Origin: Octopus sinensis
Taxonomy: Eukaryota
Assembly: GCF_006345805.1 (NCBI RefSeq)
Contig: NC_043012.1
Coordinates: 46,128,001 to 46,192,000 of the forward strand
Length of the DNA: 64,000 nucleotides
Direction of reading: 5' to 3'
Under the pieces are notes generated by a model. The model made no database searches, was not told where the DNA came from, and saw only the letters and a program-made list of their open reading frames with translations. A program made the position numbers and the translations under genes. This document shows, in pieces, positions 14,770-27,222 of this stretch (positions are counted from its first letter, which is position 1; each line of letters starts with the position of its first letter).

Positions 14770-15259
14770 AAAGAAAAATGCTATTTAAGGGACAGTGTCA
14801 TATGCAATAAAAAGATATAAAGTGCGTCGGAACACAAAATGCATGCAACAACATTACAGGGGAAATTCAAAATTTTGATACAGCCATTTGGACTGCATCC
14901 AAGGATAATGTGGCCATTGCAAATGTATGAAATAGCCTCGAGTAGAATAGAAAGGATGGAACAAAGATGACCTGGTCTTCCAAGACCACTTAATACAACT
15001 GCACTATATGGAAAACCCGAGCTGCAACTACCGATCACATCAAAACCGAAGAATATAAAGCAGGAAAGTGCAAGGACAATAATACATTATTTACATTATT
15101 TACATTCGACGGATATTTGTCCTCATCTTGTTGGTTGTCAACACAATGTTTCGGCTTATATACCCTCCACTTCTTTAGGTGTCTTGGGGAAATTTCGAAC
15201 CTGGGTTCTCATTCATAAGTTATTTTTCGGTGTTGTTGTTGTTGTTGTTATTATTATTA

Positions 15260-15330
<71 letters not shown>

Positions 15331-15387
15331 GTCCAGGTCACTGCTTGGAATTGGGGTTGGTAACCCGCGTTCATAACCACTACGGGA

Positions 15388-15446
<59 letters not shown>

Positions 15447-16860
15447 TCGAAAAATACCTGAGGAATGAAAATCTAGGTTCGAAATTTCCTCAAGACACTT
15501 GAAGAATGCTGGAGGATATATAAGCTGAAACGTTGTGTTAGCAACCAACAAGACGAGGACAAATATCCGTAAATAATGTAAATAATGTACATAATTCCTC
15601 ATCTCTTAAAAATAGAAGTGTATTAAGAACAATAATGATGCTATGTTATTCGAAAGATCAGAACACCTGAAAAAACCCTCCAAAGGTACGAACAGGGAGG
15701 AAATAATGTAAATAATGTACATAATTCCTCATCTCTTAAAAACAGAAGTGTATTAAGAACAATAATGATGCTATGTTATTCGAAAGATCAGAACACCTGA
15801 AAAAACCCTCCAAAGGTACGAACAGGGAGGAAATGGAAAGCAGAAGAGTCAGTAAAGAGGGTGATTGGAAATCTAAGGCACGGCAATATCGTCGGAGCGA
15901 CGCAAAAAGCAGGAGCCGGTCTTGGGTAGCACAATTTCAAGTCATTTTGCATGAGCAGTGTAAAGGAGATGAAAGAGGCAGTGGTACACGAAGTGAGAGA
16001 AGGGGAAGAAGAAAGCGAAATGTACATTTGGTACAATGTAGTCAAAAGAACAGTGCTTGAGATGGGAGGAATATGTAGTCAGTTGCAGAATCTCATGGAA
16101 GGTACTTTGGGATTGGGAACAACCAAACACATCCTTCCTGATCAAGTCTACCTTCGACGTTTTACCTTCATCGGCGAATTTAGTTCGGTGGAACATACAA
16201 ACAACTGATGAAGAGGGGAGAAAGCGACTTTGAGACATGTGTCAAACTGCAATCTAGTACTAGACAGATATACATGGAGTCACAATCAAGTACTCGGTGG
16301 CATAAGCACAGCACTCAAGAAGATCAAGGATATAATAGGGGAGAATATCTGAAAGTAGAAAAGCGCGGAAAAATATATTTCCAGAAGGAAAGAAAATAAC
16401 ATAAGGCCAGGCCTTCAAATAAAATATACGAGACGGATGAAAGATGGAAGGGATACTGGGAGCTGGCCATAGTTTTGGAAAGACAGTTAATATTTCCACT
16501 CATAAAAACAACAAAAAAGACAGCTTAATCCTATGGAACAGAGAAAGGAGAACTGGAATTTTGCTAGAGCTAACAGTGCCATTGGAAGAGAACATCGCTA
16601 ATGCATAGCAACGGAAGGAGAAGAGGTATGAAAAATTAATCGAAGTGTGTGGAGAACAGGGACGGACTGTCAAATATTACCACATGGCAGTGGGGCTAGA
16701 GGCTTCATTGAAAGGAAAATGACGATGTTATCTAAAAGGTTTGCATTTTCGAGCTCACAGCTGTGAAAAGTAATAAGGAGGATACAAGAGGCAGTCGAAA
16801 AGGCTATTTGACTGAAGCGAGAAGACCCCAAATGACTTGAAAGCCATAATATACCGACTG
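14770..16860 (+). mobile_element. Decayed HERO-like RLE retrotransposon, interrupted at 15084-15628
   Basis: Translates as LQGKFKIL..FGLHPRIMWPLQMYEI, VRTGRKWKAEESV...HGNIVGATQKAGAGLG, ISWKVLWDWE...FLIKSTFDVLPSSANLVRW, DRYTW.HNQVL and ILLELTVPLEENIANA.QRKEKRY...VGARGF. Confidence 0.85.
15084..15628. mobile_element. Fold-back family C insertion with 8-bp TSD ACAATAAT
   Basis: ACAATAAT at 15076-15083 and 15629-15636. Inverted arms carry decayed HHRs at 15141-15182 (-) and 15495-15538 (+), separated by (TTA)n, a partial tRNA head and (TAA)n. Confidence 0.8.
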
Positions 16861-16900
16861 GAAAACAGCGTCGCTAGGTGAGGCTGGCTGACACATAAGT

Positions 16901-17062
16901 ACCTATTTCTTTACTACCCACAAGGGGCTAAACAGAGAGAGGACAAACAAGGACAGACAAACGAATTAAGTCGATTATATCGACCCCAGTGCGTAATTGG
17001 TACTTATTTAATCGACCCCGAAAGGATGAAAGGCAAAGTCGACCTCGGCGGAATTTGAACTC
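16901..17062 (-). mobile_element. tRNA-type SINE family 2 fragment
   Basis: RC of tgagttcaaattccgccgaggtcgactttgcctttcatcctttcggggtcgat...gccccttgtgggtagtaaagaaatagg, as at 55735. Confidence 0.85.
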
Positions 17063-17740
17063 ACCATCGCTGATTGACAGGTAGGCCAAGGTAGCGGTCT
17101 CGTTCATAGCGTCCCCTTCTCCTCGTTCAAAGGCTTGTACCACCAAGCAGCCGGTCTTCTCTGACTGCTGGAACTAAAACTAACACGACACTATTGGAAG
17201 ACAGGTTTAGAGAGGGCGCGGGCTAAAACTACGCGCCCTTCCCCTCCATTAGTCAGTTGAAGTTTATACAGTATCACGTGACAGTTAACTGGTGCTGGCT
17301 GCTGAAGTCTACCGGCTTTAAAGGGAAATTTGGCAGGATGGTCAGTCGCCCGCTGACGTTCGTTGACGCTGCATCGAAGAAACCAAAGAACAGAAGAAAA
17401 AGGAATAATGAAGAACGGCACTCAACAACACAGCTGAAGACAACTCCGAAAGTGGGGTCCCCGCCACGTTGAAAACAGTAGAGGAGCAGCGGCTGAAACA
17501 GGACGTGGTTCCTCCTGATGATGTCTTTAACCACTGGACGTTTGGTGGTAGCGAACCACGAAACAACAAAACTTATATTTTGAAAAAAAAAAAAGTTATT
17601 TGCATGTGAGTTTGCGAACACATCAACCAACACTCGATCCAGTACATATGTATAAATAGCATGTCTGACTTAACATACTGATACAGATGTATGTATATAT
17701 TTATTTATATACTGTACATAAACTTGTATGTAAATATATA

Positions 17741-18261
17741 CCGTAAATGCTCAAGTATAATCCGCATTTTTTCCCCAAAATGTAAAGGTCAAAATCCCTA
17801 GTGCGTACTATATACAAGGTTCAAAATGAAAAATATTTTCTAAGCAATGTCCAAGTCTCTATTTGCTGTCCGGCAATGTTTATTCAGACGTATTTTGAGG
17901 TGTCGGGCGCTAAGCCTTAAGCTAATCCTGAAACAATGAAATCATAAAAGAATCATCCATACCTTGCAGTAAGCAACATTTATTACAAAAAAAAGTAATG
18001 AGAACACAGAATAACATTTAACAAACACAATTTGCAAACATATTTACATTCCCATATAGCAGTTAAGAACATCACCATTATTGTATTACGCATGCGCAGA
18101 AGTGTTTGTTCGACTAGCTGCTGCTAGCTTAATTACACACACTACTCAAGTTAGAGAATGGGTGTGCATTATACACAAGGTTTAAGTTTTTCAGTAGTAT
18201 AGCCCCTTAAATATCCCCTGCGTATTATACTCAAGGGCGGACTATACTCGAGGATTTGCGG
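17741..18261. mobile_element. Non-autonomous Tc1/mariner-superfamily (Tc2/pogo-like) MITE
   Basis: TA|ccgtaaatgctcaagtataatccgc on the left and gcggactatactcgaggatttgcgg|TA on the right form imperfect 25-bp TIRs with a TA TSD and subterminal repeats. Confidence 0.8.
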
Positions 18262-19417
18262 TATGTATATACGTATATATATGTGTGTGTGTGTATATTA
18301 TACATATATGAATATCATATGTCACCACATAGACATGCATATGTATGAGTATCTGTGCGCGCATCTATATAGTAATATATGAAATGTTTTCGTTCATCTC
18401 TCACTGTTTTCTTATGTGATACATTCTCATATTTGCTGTCACATGTTTTAATTGCCAATTTTGTGTCTTGTTTTGTATATATTTTGAACTTTAAATTGGG
18501 AAAACAGTAACAGAAACCCATTCAAAAACATAGTGTTGAATGTAATTCAGCGGTGAGGGCAAATGTGAAATGTCTAATCGAGCGTTAGAGCGTTAACTTT
18601 GACGAAATTCAATAGCGTTAACTTTTTAAAAGAAGTACGCCTCTGGGTATTTACTTTATCAGTTTATTCTTCTGTGTTTTAGATATAGTACTACGTTGTA
18701 GTATGCGCATATCACTTATTTGTATTCGTCGCCAACTGCCCATCATTCCGTTTTGGTTTGGTTATTCGTTGAGCACTGGCAAGAAAAGATGGATCCATCT
18801 TAACAGCGGTAAAGTTTTAGTAGAACACCGCTTCTGGACGTGCAATTGCTGCTTCTTTCGTATTGCAATTGTCTGAGGCTCACAGAACGAATTTCACCGC
18901 TGTTTCTTTCTCCTTTATTCCTTATTTATTGCTTTAGCTCTGAACGAATATCAGAATTATTCCTTTCCACGGTTTCGGAGTAATGAAGTTGTCGCCTCTT
19001 TTATTAAAGTAATTTAAATACTGTGCATTCGATGTTTGCTTTACACACGTTTGTGTGTAGATTGTATAACCATTATATTTTATGATATATAATCGAGGAA
19101 CCGAGAAAACAGCAATGTGCATATGTATAGAGGATTTGAAGAGATTAGATGGTACATGTGGTTAAAAATTTATTCAAAGTTCTGGAGTTCAAGTATAAAG
19201 ATATGGTAGTCCACGTGTTTACATTTTACTGCACGTTTAGCTGTGACGGCGTATCTGAGAGAAGCTAGGAAAAAAGACTCGGTTTCTTAAATTGACTTAT
19301 AGTAAGCGACACTTTTCCTTCGTATTCTGGCGTATTCTTAACTCCTGCTTCGTGTTGATCTGCCTTCTTAGTTCAGCTCGATATCACACATTCATATTAT
19401 TATTATTATTATTATTA

Positions 19418-19480
<63 letters not shown>

Positions 19481-19482
19481 CA

Positions 19483-20125
19483 TTATGTGTTTTCCTTCTT
19501 TCTTCAAATTTTCTTCCGTTTCACGCCGGGTGTTTTCCATAGACCTAGGGCAGAGAAGCTCATTGTATGCATTCCCAGATTACACAGGCAAATTCACAGA
19601 TAAAATATGTATCTAAAAATTAATAAATAAATAAATTCATGGATGGATGTTGTTTACACAGTGATAATGCTCTTCTCAGTACATGAGCGTGTGTTTCTGG
19701 TCGACATCAGCTTGTTTGCTACGGGCCACATACGTGCCGTGGAGAGGTTTCTCTTCCCATCTGCTAGCTAATTTTCATGTGCTTTTGTCTTTGCAATTAA
19801 TATTATTTTCTTTGCAGCAGCAGTTGGCGCATTTCCTTCAGCCTGATCAATCTGGTGGGTCTCTAAGAGATCAGCAGCGAATTTTTTGCTCTCTTTGAGA
19901 ATAGAATGAAGTTTTTTCGGTCTTTCAGGTTTTTCAACAAGTTTTAGCATCAAATCGTTGGTTGTTTCAAGGTATTTGGCCAGTCCGATACTGGTGGCTT
20001 TGTATGTAAGTTCAAGCCTCGTATGGATCAAACCTCGATCTCCCTGAGCTCTGGGAAGGTAAAGATGATCCTATAGGTGGTGCATCTAATTACAAGTCAG
20101 TAGCTTGCGGGTTTTTCTGTCAATT
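19483..20125 (-). mobile_element. R4/Dong-like LINE fragment between (TAA)n tracts
   Basis: ORF 19768..20031 RLELTYKATSIGLAKYL, and RC WEEKPLHGTYVARSKQADVDQ. (TTA)n at about 19396-19482 and 20128-20215. Confidence 0.65.
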
Positions 20126-20126
20126 T

Positions 20127-20215
<89 letters not shown>

Positions 20216-21425
20216 TCTCTTTATCACATGTTTCGTTGGAGATCCTGGAGCGTTACATGCATAGCGGGCTTGCTACTTGTAGTCTACAATGTCATGGTAG
20301 CCATTTTTTTCAGCTACCTTTCCTGATTATTCTGGCTGTGCCAAGGAGGCAAAACATTTGTTCTACTGGGCACTCTATTCCAATATCACTTATATTCCGT
20401 TTGATGCCTTCTGAGATTTTTCCCAAGGACACAAAAGTGATTGGCGCTATCTTCATCTTCATCATTTTCCATAGCCGGGGTTTGTAATCAAGAGGTTTGT
20501 ATTTATCTATCTTTCCGCCTTCCATCTTGACTTATTCGTGGGCCAAAGGGGCATACAACATCAACTATATAGCATATGTGTTTATTCTTACCCACTGCCA
20601 CTAGATCCGGTCTGTTATTCTCTAGCACCTGATCTATTGAGATTGAGAAATCCCAGAAGATTTTTGCTAGTCTCCGACTCCGCAACTCATTGCGGTTGTG
20701 CTCATACCACGTCTTGCTTCTGTCTAGCCTCCACTTTTCGCACAGTTTCTTAATGTAGCAATTTCACTACTTGTTCGTGTCGCCACAACTTATAGTTGTT
20801 TGGGGCAAGTCTAGAGCATTCGCTGGTGATATGGGAAATGGTTTCGCCCACTCTATTGCACAGCCGAGACACTTGCTCATTTCTTAGTTTGACATTCAGT
20901 TCGTGGGCAAAGCTTGGGCTTGCGCTACCAGTACAGTGCTCTCCATCTGCCTCAAGCATTCCCTCGTATATATATCTGGATTCAAGTTGAATTCACCATT
21001 TCATCACATGACAACCACACGCCTTCTCTTCTGAAAAGCTTTCCTAGTTTCATCAACATCTTTGCACTCCATCTAAATATAATTGGAGAAAATCCGCTCA
21101 GACGAGACTTTCCAATTCTGACTCAGTGTTTGTGAATAGCTTCAGATCATCCATGAACAACATGTGGTTCAGTTTTACCTTACGTCTTCCCAGATCATAA
21201 CCCAACTTTGTTTCCTGTAGAATTTCACTCGAGGTGATCGTTCCCAGCACGAAGATCAGTGGGTACACACTACCCCACCGGAAGATACCTCTTTTGATTT
21301 CCACCTCTCCTAATGCTTGACTCCCTGCTGTCACTTACGTTCTCCAGCATTTAATGCTATTCCTTAAAAGGCTACTCAGATTTTCTGCCACTCTATACAT
21401 TTCCATTGTTTCTATTATCCAGGAC
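20216..21425 (-). mobile_element. R4/Dong-like RLE LINE, 3' part
   Basis: MDDLKLF (RT), RLCNRVGETISHITSECSRLA (CCHC), NNRPDLV...IVDVVCP (RLE) and CLLGTARIIRK. Both ends abut (TAA)n-type tracts. Confidence 0.85.
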
Positions 21426-21440
21426 CGTGGTTATTCTTAT

Positions 21441-21466
21441 TATTATTATCATCATCATTATTATTA

Positions 21467-21543
<77 letters not shown>

Positions 21544-21647
21544 TTATTATTATTATTATTATCATCATCATCATCATCATCATCATTATTATTATTATTA
21601 TTATTATTTTATTATTATTATTATTATTATCATCATCATCATCATCA

Positions 21648-21709
<62 letters not shown>

Positions 21710-21720
21710 TTCTTCATCAT
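21441..21720. repeat. (TTA)n/(TCA)n trinucleotide array
   Basis: Read directly. Confidence 0.95.
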
Positions 21721-22313
21721 CATTTAATACAGTTTGATTCAGCACTTTGCGATTTCTTATAGAAACCTAGCTCGTCAGACTTAGTTAATCAATTGAAGTC
21801 CACGAAGGAAGTCCAAGATTGTTATGGGAAATTGGGCTGTCATCGATCAACGCTGACATCTATGATCAGGAAGTTGGTGGCTCCTTCGTGTCTGGCCGGT
21901 TTTTAAAGTGTCTTGCAGGTGAGGGGTGTATGTGCATATAGCAGATATGTGAGTGTCTGACGCCTATGCCTGTGCTTCTGCTATGCCTTGGAGTGTATAT
22001 ATGTGTGTGTGTGTGCAGGGGAGGTACACATATGTATAAGCTGGTGTGTGAATGGGAACTTATGGGATCAGCTCATTGGTGCGTTTGTGCGTGTTTGCTA
22101 GGCTGTGTGTACGTAAAGGTGCAGGTGCATACTAGCCATATGTGAGTATTCGTGTCCGCGTAGTTTGAGTTAGAAGGAAAAAGTGAATAAAATATTTAGG
22201 TCAATATATAATTTCATTTACAATCTACATTTTTCAATTACTCATACACACACGCGCGCGCGCATATGTATCTGAGTGAAAACGTTAGTTGGTAAATGAA
22301 ATTATATATTCCA

Positions 22314-22346
<33 letters not shown>

Positions 22347-22419
22347 ATATACATACATACATTCATATATATATATAAATATAAATATACAAATATGTAT
22401 ATATATATATATACATACA

Positions 22420-22466
<47 letters not shown>

Positions 22467-22586
22467 CATATAGTTAATTCGAGGATTAGGGATTATATAA
22501 TCAACGTTATTCCACTGGTTTAATCCTCGTCATATATTGCAAGAATCAACGGTATATGTAAAGGGTTATTGAAATTATCGATACTG

Positions 22587-22976
22587 AGGGAAAACGTAAA
22601 GAAGAAAATGGAGAATAAATGGATGTTTACAAACTTATTTGAAATTGTTTGAGAAATAATACATTACAAACAACTTGTTTGGAATTTGAGTTGAAAAGCT
22701 CAAAGAAAAATAATTGAAGATAAAAAGGAAAAAGATCCAACATATATGTTTCATTCCTGTCATGTAGTTGATGGGAATTTCCAGACATTTTGTTTAATGG
22801 CAAGAAAGTTACTACATTCTAATTATATTATGGTAGGACTTCGTCGTATATAGCTCATGCAACTTAGGCAATCATCATAAAATGATTACCTATTTTTTAA
22901 AAATGTCATCTTTTAGTAATATACAAATACTTTTGTAAATACATCCAGTTATTCTCCATTTTCTTCTTTATATTTT

Positions 22977-22980
<4 letters not shown>
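22587..22980. mobile_element. Short element with about 47-bp terminal inverted repeats (MITE-like)
   Basis: agggaaaacgtaaagaagaaaatggagaataaatggatg at the left; tacatccagttattctccattttcttctttatattttccct at the right, abutting (AT)n. Confidence 0.7.
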
Positions 22981-23018
<38 letters not shown>

Positions 23019-23374
23019 TAGTTGAATTAGGTATTATTCGCACAGGTCTCAGTTGAATAAAATCAAAATAAGCAACACGATATCAAGTAGTAATGCAGTA
23101 CGATCGTATCAAGCGGCTCAATTTAATTTAACAATGCAATCATTGCATCAGTTTAAATGCAGTGCGATCATCAGCTGCACAAATAAATAAAATTTTAACC
23201 ACTTGGACACATTAATATAATGTTTTCCAAGTACTTTAACAGACCAGGAAGATGGAAGGAATGCATATCGCTATTGTAGCTAAGAATTTATTACACTTCC
23301 AAGAATTGCGCGAAGCCCACTGAAGTCATAGCTTGTAAAGGATTGTGGTTCAATTCTGATTCATTTTTCTCTTG

Positions 23375-23460
<86 letters not shown>

Positions 23461-23465
23461 ATATA

Positions 23466-23499
<34 letters not shown>

Positions 23500-24757
23500 G
23501 CCACAGATAATGCTGAAGGATTATCAATCTCGGCTAATTGCTTCATACACTCTCTTTTGACAGCTCAGGCTAACAATGTTATTTATATTAGTGAAGAACT
23601 TCAGGTATACTTGTGACAGAGTTCAAAGTATTGGTTCGTCACGGTTCTATATTGTAATCACGTGGATGGCCTCCATACAATCTGGTCTTTACACAGAGTT
23701 ATATATAAAAACAAGTTAAAGATAATATTTTTAACTTGTTTATACACACACACAAGTATATATATGTATGTAAATGTATAACTGTATAAGATAGTTGGGA
23801 AGAGAACTTATTTATTCAGACAAATATTTTATTCACTTGTTATAATTCTACAGAACTTGAGTTCGAACTTGGTTATTGAGAGATATTTTGAATGAAAATT
23901 TCTTGATAAGTACATCAACATAAATGCTTAGATTTCAAGAGAGACGGAGAGCAAGAGTATATGTGAGAGAGAGAGAGAGACAGAGACAGAGAGAGAGAGA
24001 GACAGAGACAGAGAGAGAGAGACAGAGACAGAGAAGAGAGGAGGGAGGGACAAAGAGAATGAGTGAGCGAGAGGAATAGAGAGAGAGAGAGAGAGAGTGA
24101 GACGATATTCGCTCCAACCATATACACAACTTTACATCATTAAAGAAAATACTTTTTTGCTGGCTTTGAAGTATTTTACAACAACAGACTCTAGAATAGA
24201 GAGAGGCTTTAAGCAATATTCTCTTTAACAATTATTTCAAGTACAAATATACACGTTTATTACTATTTATGTATACAATACATGAAATAATACGTAATTA
24301 TCCCAGACACATCTTTCAAATGATATGGCTAGATGACAACTCACTCATTCGAAGTTATCATACTTATTTAATGCATGATATAACACATTTTTGTTTATTT
24401 CTTCTTGTTAGAGTTTCAAGTAGAAATGTCTTAATAGATTTCAAAAGAGAAAATGTATAAGAACAACAAAAAATGACGTTTCTTTAATTAAATATTATTT
24501 ATTGCGATAAAGATGATTTTTTTTCTCATTCTTAGGAAATATTATTTGTTTCTTAATGAACATTATTCACATTATTCCAAACTACTTAACAAAAATATGA
24601 ATGTAACAACAAAAACCTCATTGCAAAGATTCTTCAGTCAATCACATTTGATAAATGCACAATTAGATCCAGGCAATTTTCAAATATAATAAAGCTTATG
24701 TCACTGTCCACACAGAACACATTTGTTTTTACTCTACTGAGTATATATGTATGTATG

Positions 24758-24806
<49 letters not shown>

Positions 24807-24886
24807 CAAATATAAATAAAAATTTATATATACATATGTGTGTAGAAATGTTTACATATATATGTAACTATATATGTACATATATA

Positions 24887-24928
<42 letters not shown>

Positions 24929-24985
24929 CACATATATATATGTGTGTGTGTATATATATATACATATATATACATTTACATATGC

Positions 24986-25016
<31 letters not shown>

Positions 25017-25788
25017 TATATACATATATATACATATATACATATATATACATATATACATATATAACCATACATATATATATGCAAAGTTAGATAGAAT
25101 GATAGGCATATGGGTGGATGGATGGTTGGATGAATGGATGGAGGGATATGCATAGGTAGTTATGCATGTTTGTGTGAGTTTATATATACGTATAAGCTTA
25201 CACAATAATGTATAGTTATATGTATACGTAAGTATATATATATATATGTATATATGTATGTGTGTATGTATGTATTTATGCATGTATATGCATACATACA
25301 CACATCTATATTTACATATATTTTTACATATATATATACACACACGTTCATACATAAACAAAGAGACTAAAGCACACAGGGGCAAATATGCAAGCATATA
25401 AATATAAAACGCGCGAATATAACATACCTGCATACGCAAAATAATGTTTCGTTGTTAGCATAGATACATGCGATACATACTTTGATGCAAACATTGCATT
25501 CATGTAAAATAGTCATAAATAAGCATAAGAAACGTGAACGCGTGTATGTTCGTGTTTCTCTGTGTATCTCGGTTTTTCTCTGTACGTGTATGTTTCACCT
25601 AATAACGTTGAGAATATTTTTCTTCTTTCAATCACTGACAATTAATGCATCGTGTCATTATGTTGTCGTTAGAGCCTAAGGGGAATCATTAACAAATGCA
25701 GTAAACTGTGGCATAACAATCCATTAGACATACTTTTAATTATATCACACGAACTACCCACTTAACCACATTTCATCAACTTTCTGAT

Positions 25789-25831
<43 letters not shown>

Positions 25832-25974
25832 ATTCGCGCGTCTGTGTGTGTATACATGTATACGTATATATATGCATTTACACATATATATATATATTTA
25901 TATATACATACATTCTTATATAGATGTATATATTTATACACGCGCACGCACACCTACACACACACACACACACA

Positions 25975-26009
<35 letters not shown>

Positions 26010-26135
26010 GTACATATATATGTGTGCGTGTGTGTGTGTAAACAGGTATATTTGATATATACATACATACGTACATATACATGCAAACACACGGACACTT
26101 TCACTCTCACACACACATATATATGTATACATACA

Positions 26136-26181
<46 letters not shown>

Positions 26182-27182
26182 AATACATACATACATTTCT
26201 ACATTCTATATCTGCATCAATGTATGCGATATATTTGTTTCTTTAACGTTTGTCAGAATACATACTACTTTGAGATGTTTATATCTTTAATATTATCTCG
26301 AAATAAATACACCAACTTATAATGAAGGGCTATTCAATTTAAATAGGAAACGGGTAGTTCAATATGTTATGCAGGGAAACGGAATTGTACAAAAAAAAAC
26401 AAAACAACAAAAGACAAAAGACAAACTCAATTTCCTCTTGAAACAGATACTTTATTTGCACTATTAGCAATTATAGAAGCAGACCTGTTGTTTTAAAACC
26501 TATATAAATTAATAACCTGTTTAGAACAGCAAATAATGGTGTGAATCAAACTGCAACAGCGTAGCTTCTGATGCTTTTGAAATCTAGATATCTGATAAAA
26601 TTCACTAGACAATAGAAATCAAGTAAACAATTCTTTGTTTATGTTCTAGAAAGACAAAGTTTTTTTTTTAAAAACCAAAAAAAAAAATCCAACAAAAATA
26701 GTGCCTGCTACAAGTGGTCGTGCTGAAATCAGTCTTATTGTGTGAATGATTTCATGAGACATATTTAGGTATACAAACTCTGAGAGGTATTGAATTAATG
26801 GACCTAAATTTCTTGCTCCAAGTACCCTTGATTGTCTCCGACAAGAAAGAAATCAAGAATGTAGAGTCATAAAGGGAGAGTATTTATTGAGTAGATGACC
26901 TTAGAGTATATTTCACTGTAATTCTGCTTAGATACGCATAAGTATCATGATTTATTATGTCGAGTATTTTAGAGCATTTTATATAATAAACTTGGTGCTG
27001 AAAAGTCCTATTTAGATTAGGAAAACGTACGCATTGTGTACTATATAATTTGATTGCCATGAAACTATACCTCAAGAGAAATGAAACATTTAATACACAA
27101 ACACAGTTGCATAAGTAAATACATCCATACTTGTATACATACATGTAATATTTATTCTCATACATATATGTATATATATATA

Positions 27183-27222
<40 letters not shown>

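Noticed and set aside
18786-18801. 16-bp perfect palindrome aagatggatccatctt
   Set aside because: Single occurrence with no supporting context; compatible with chance in 64 kb.
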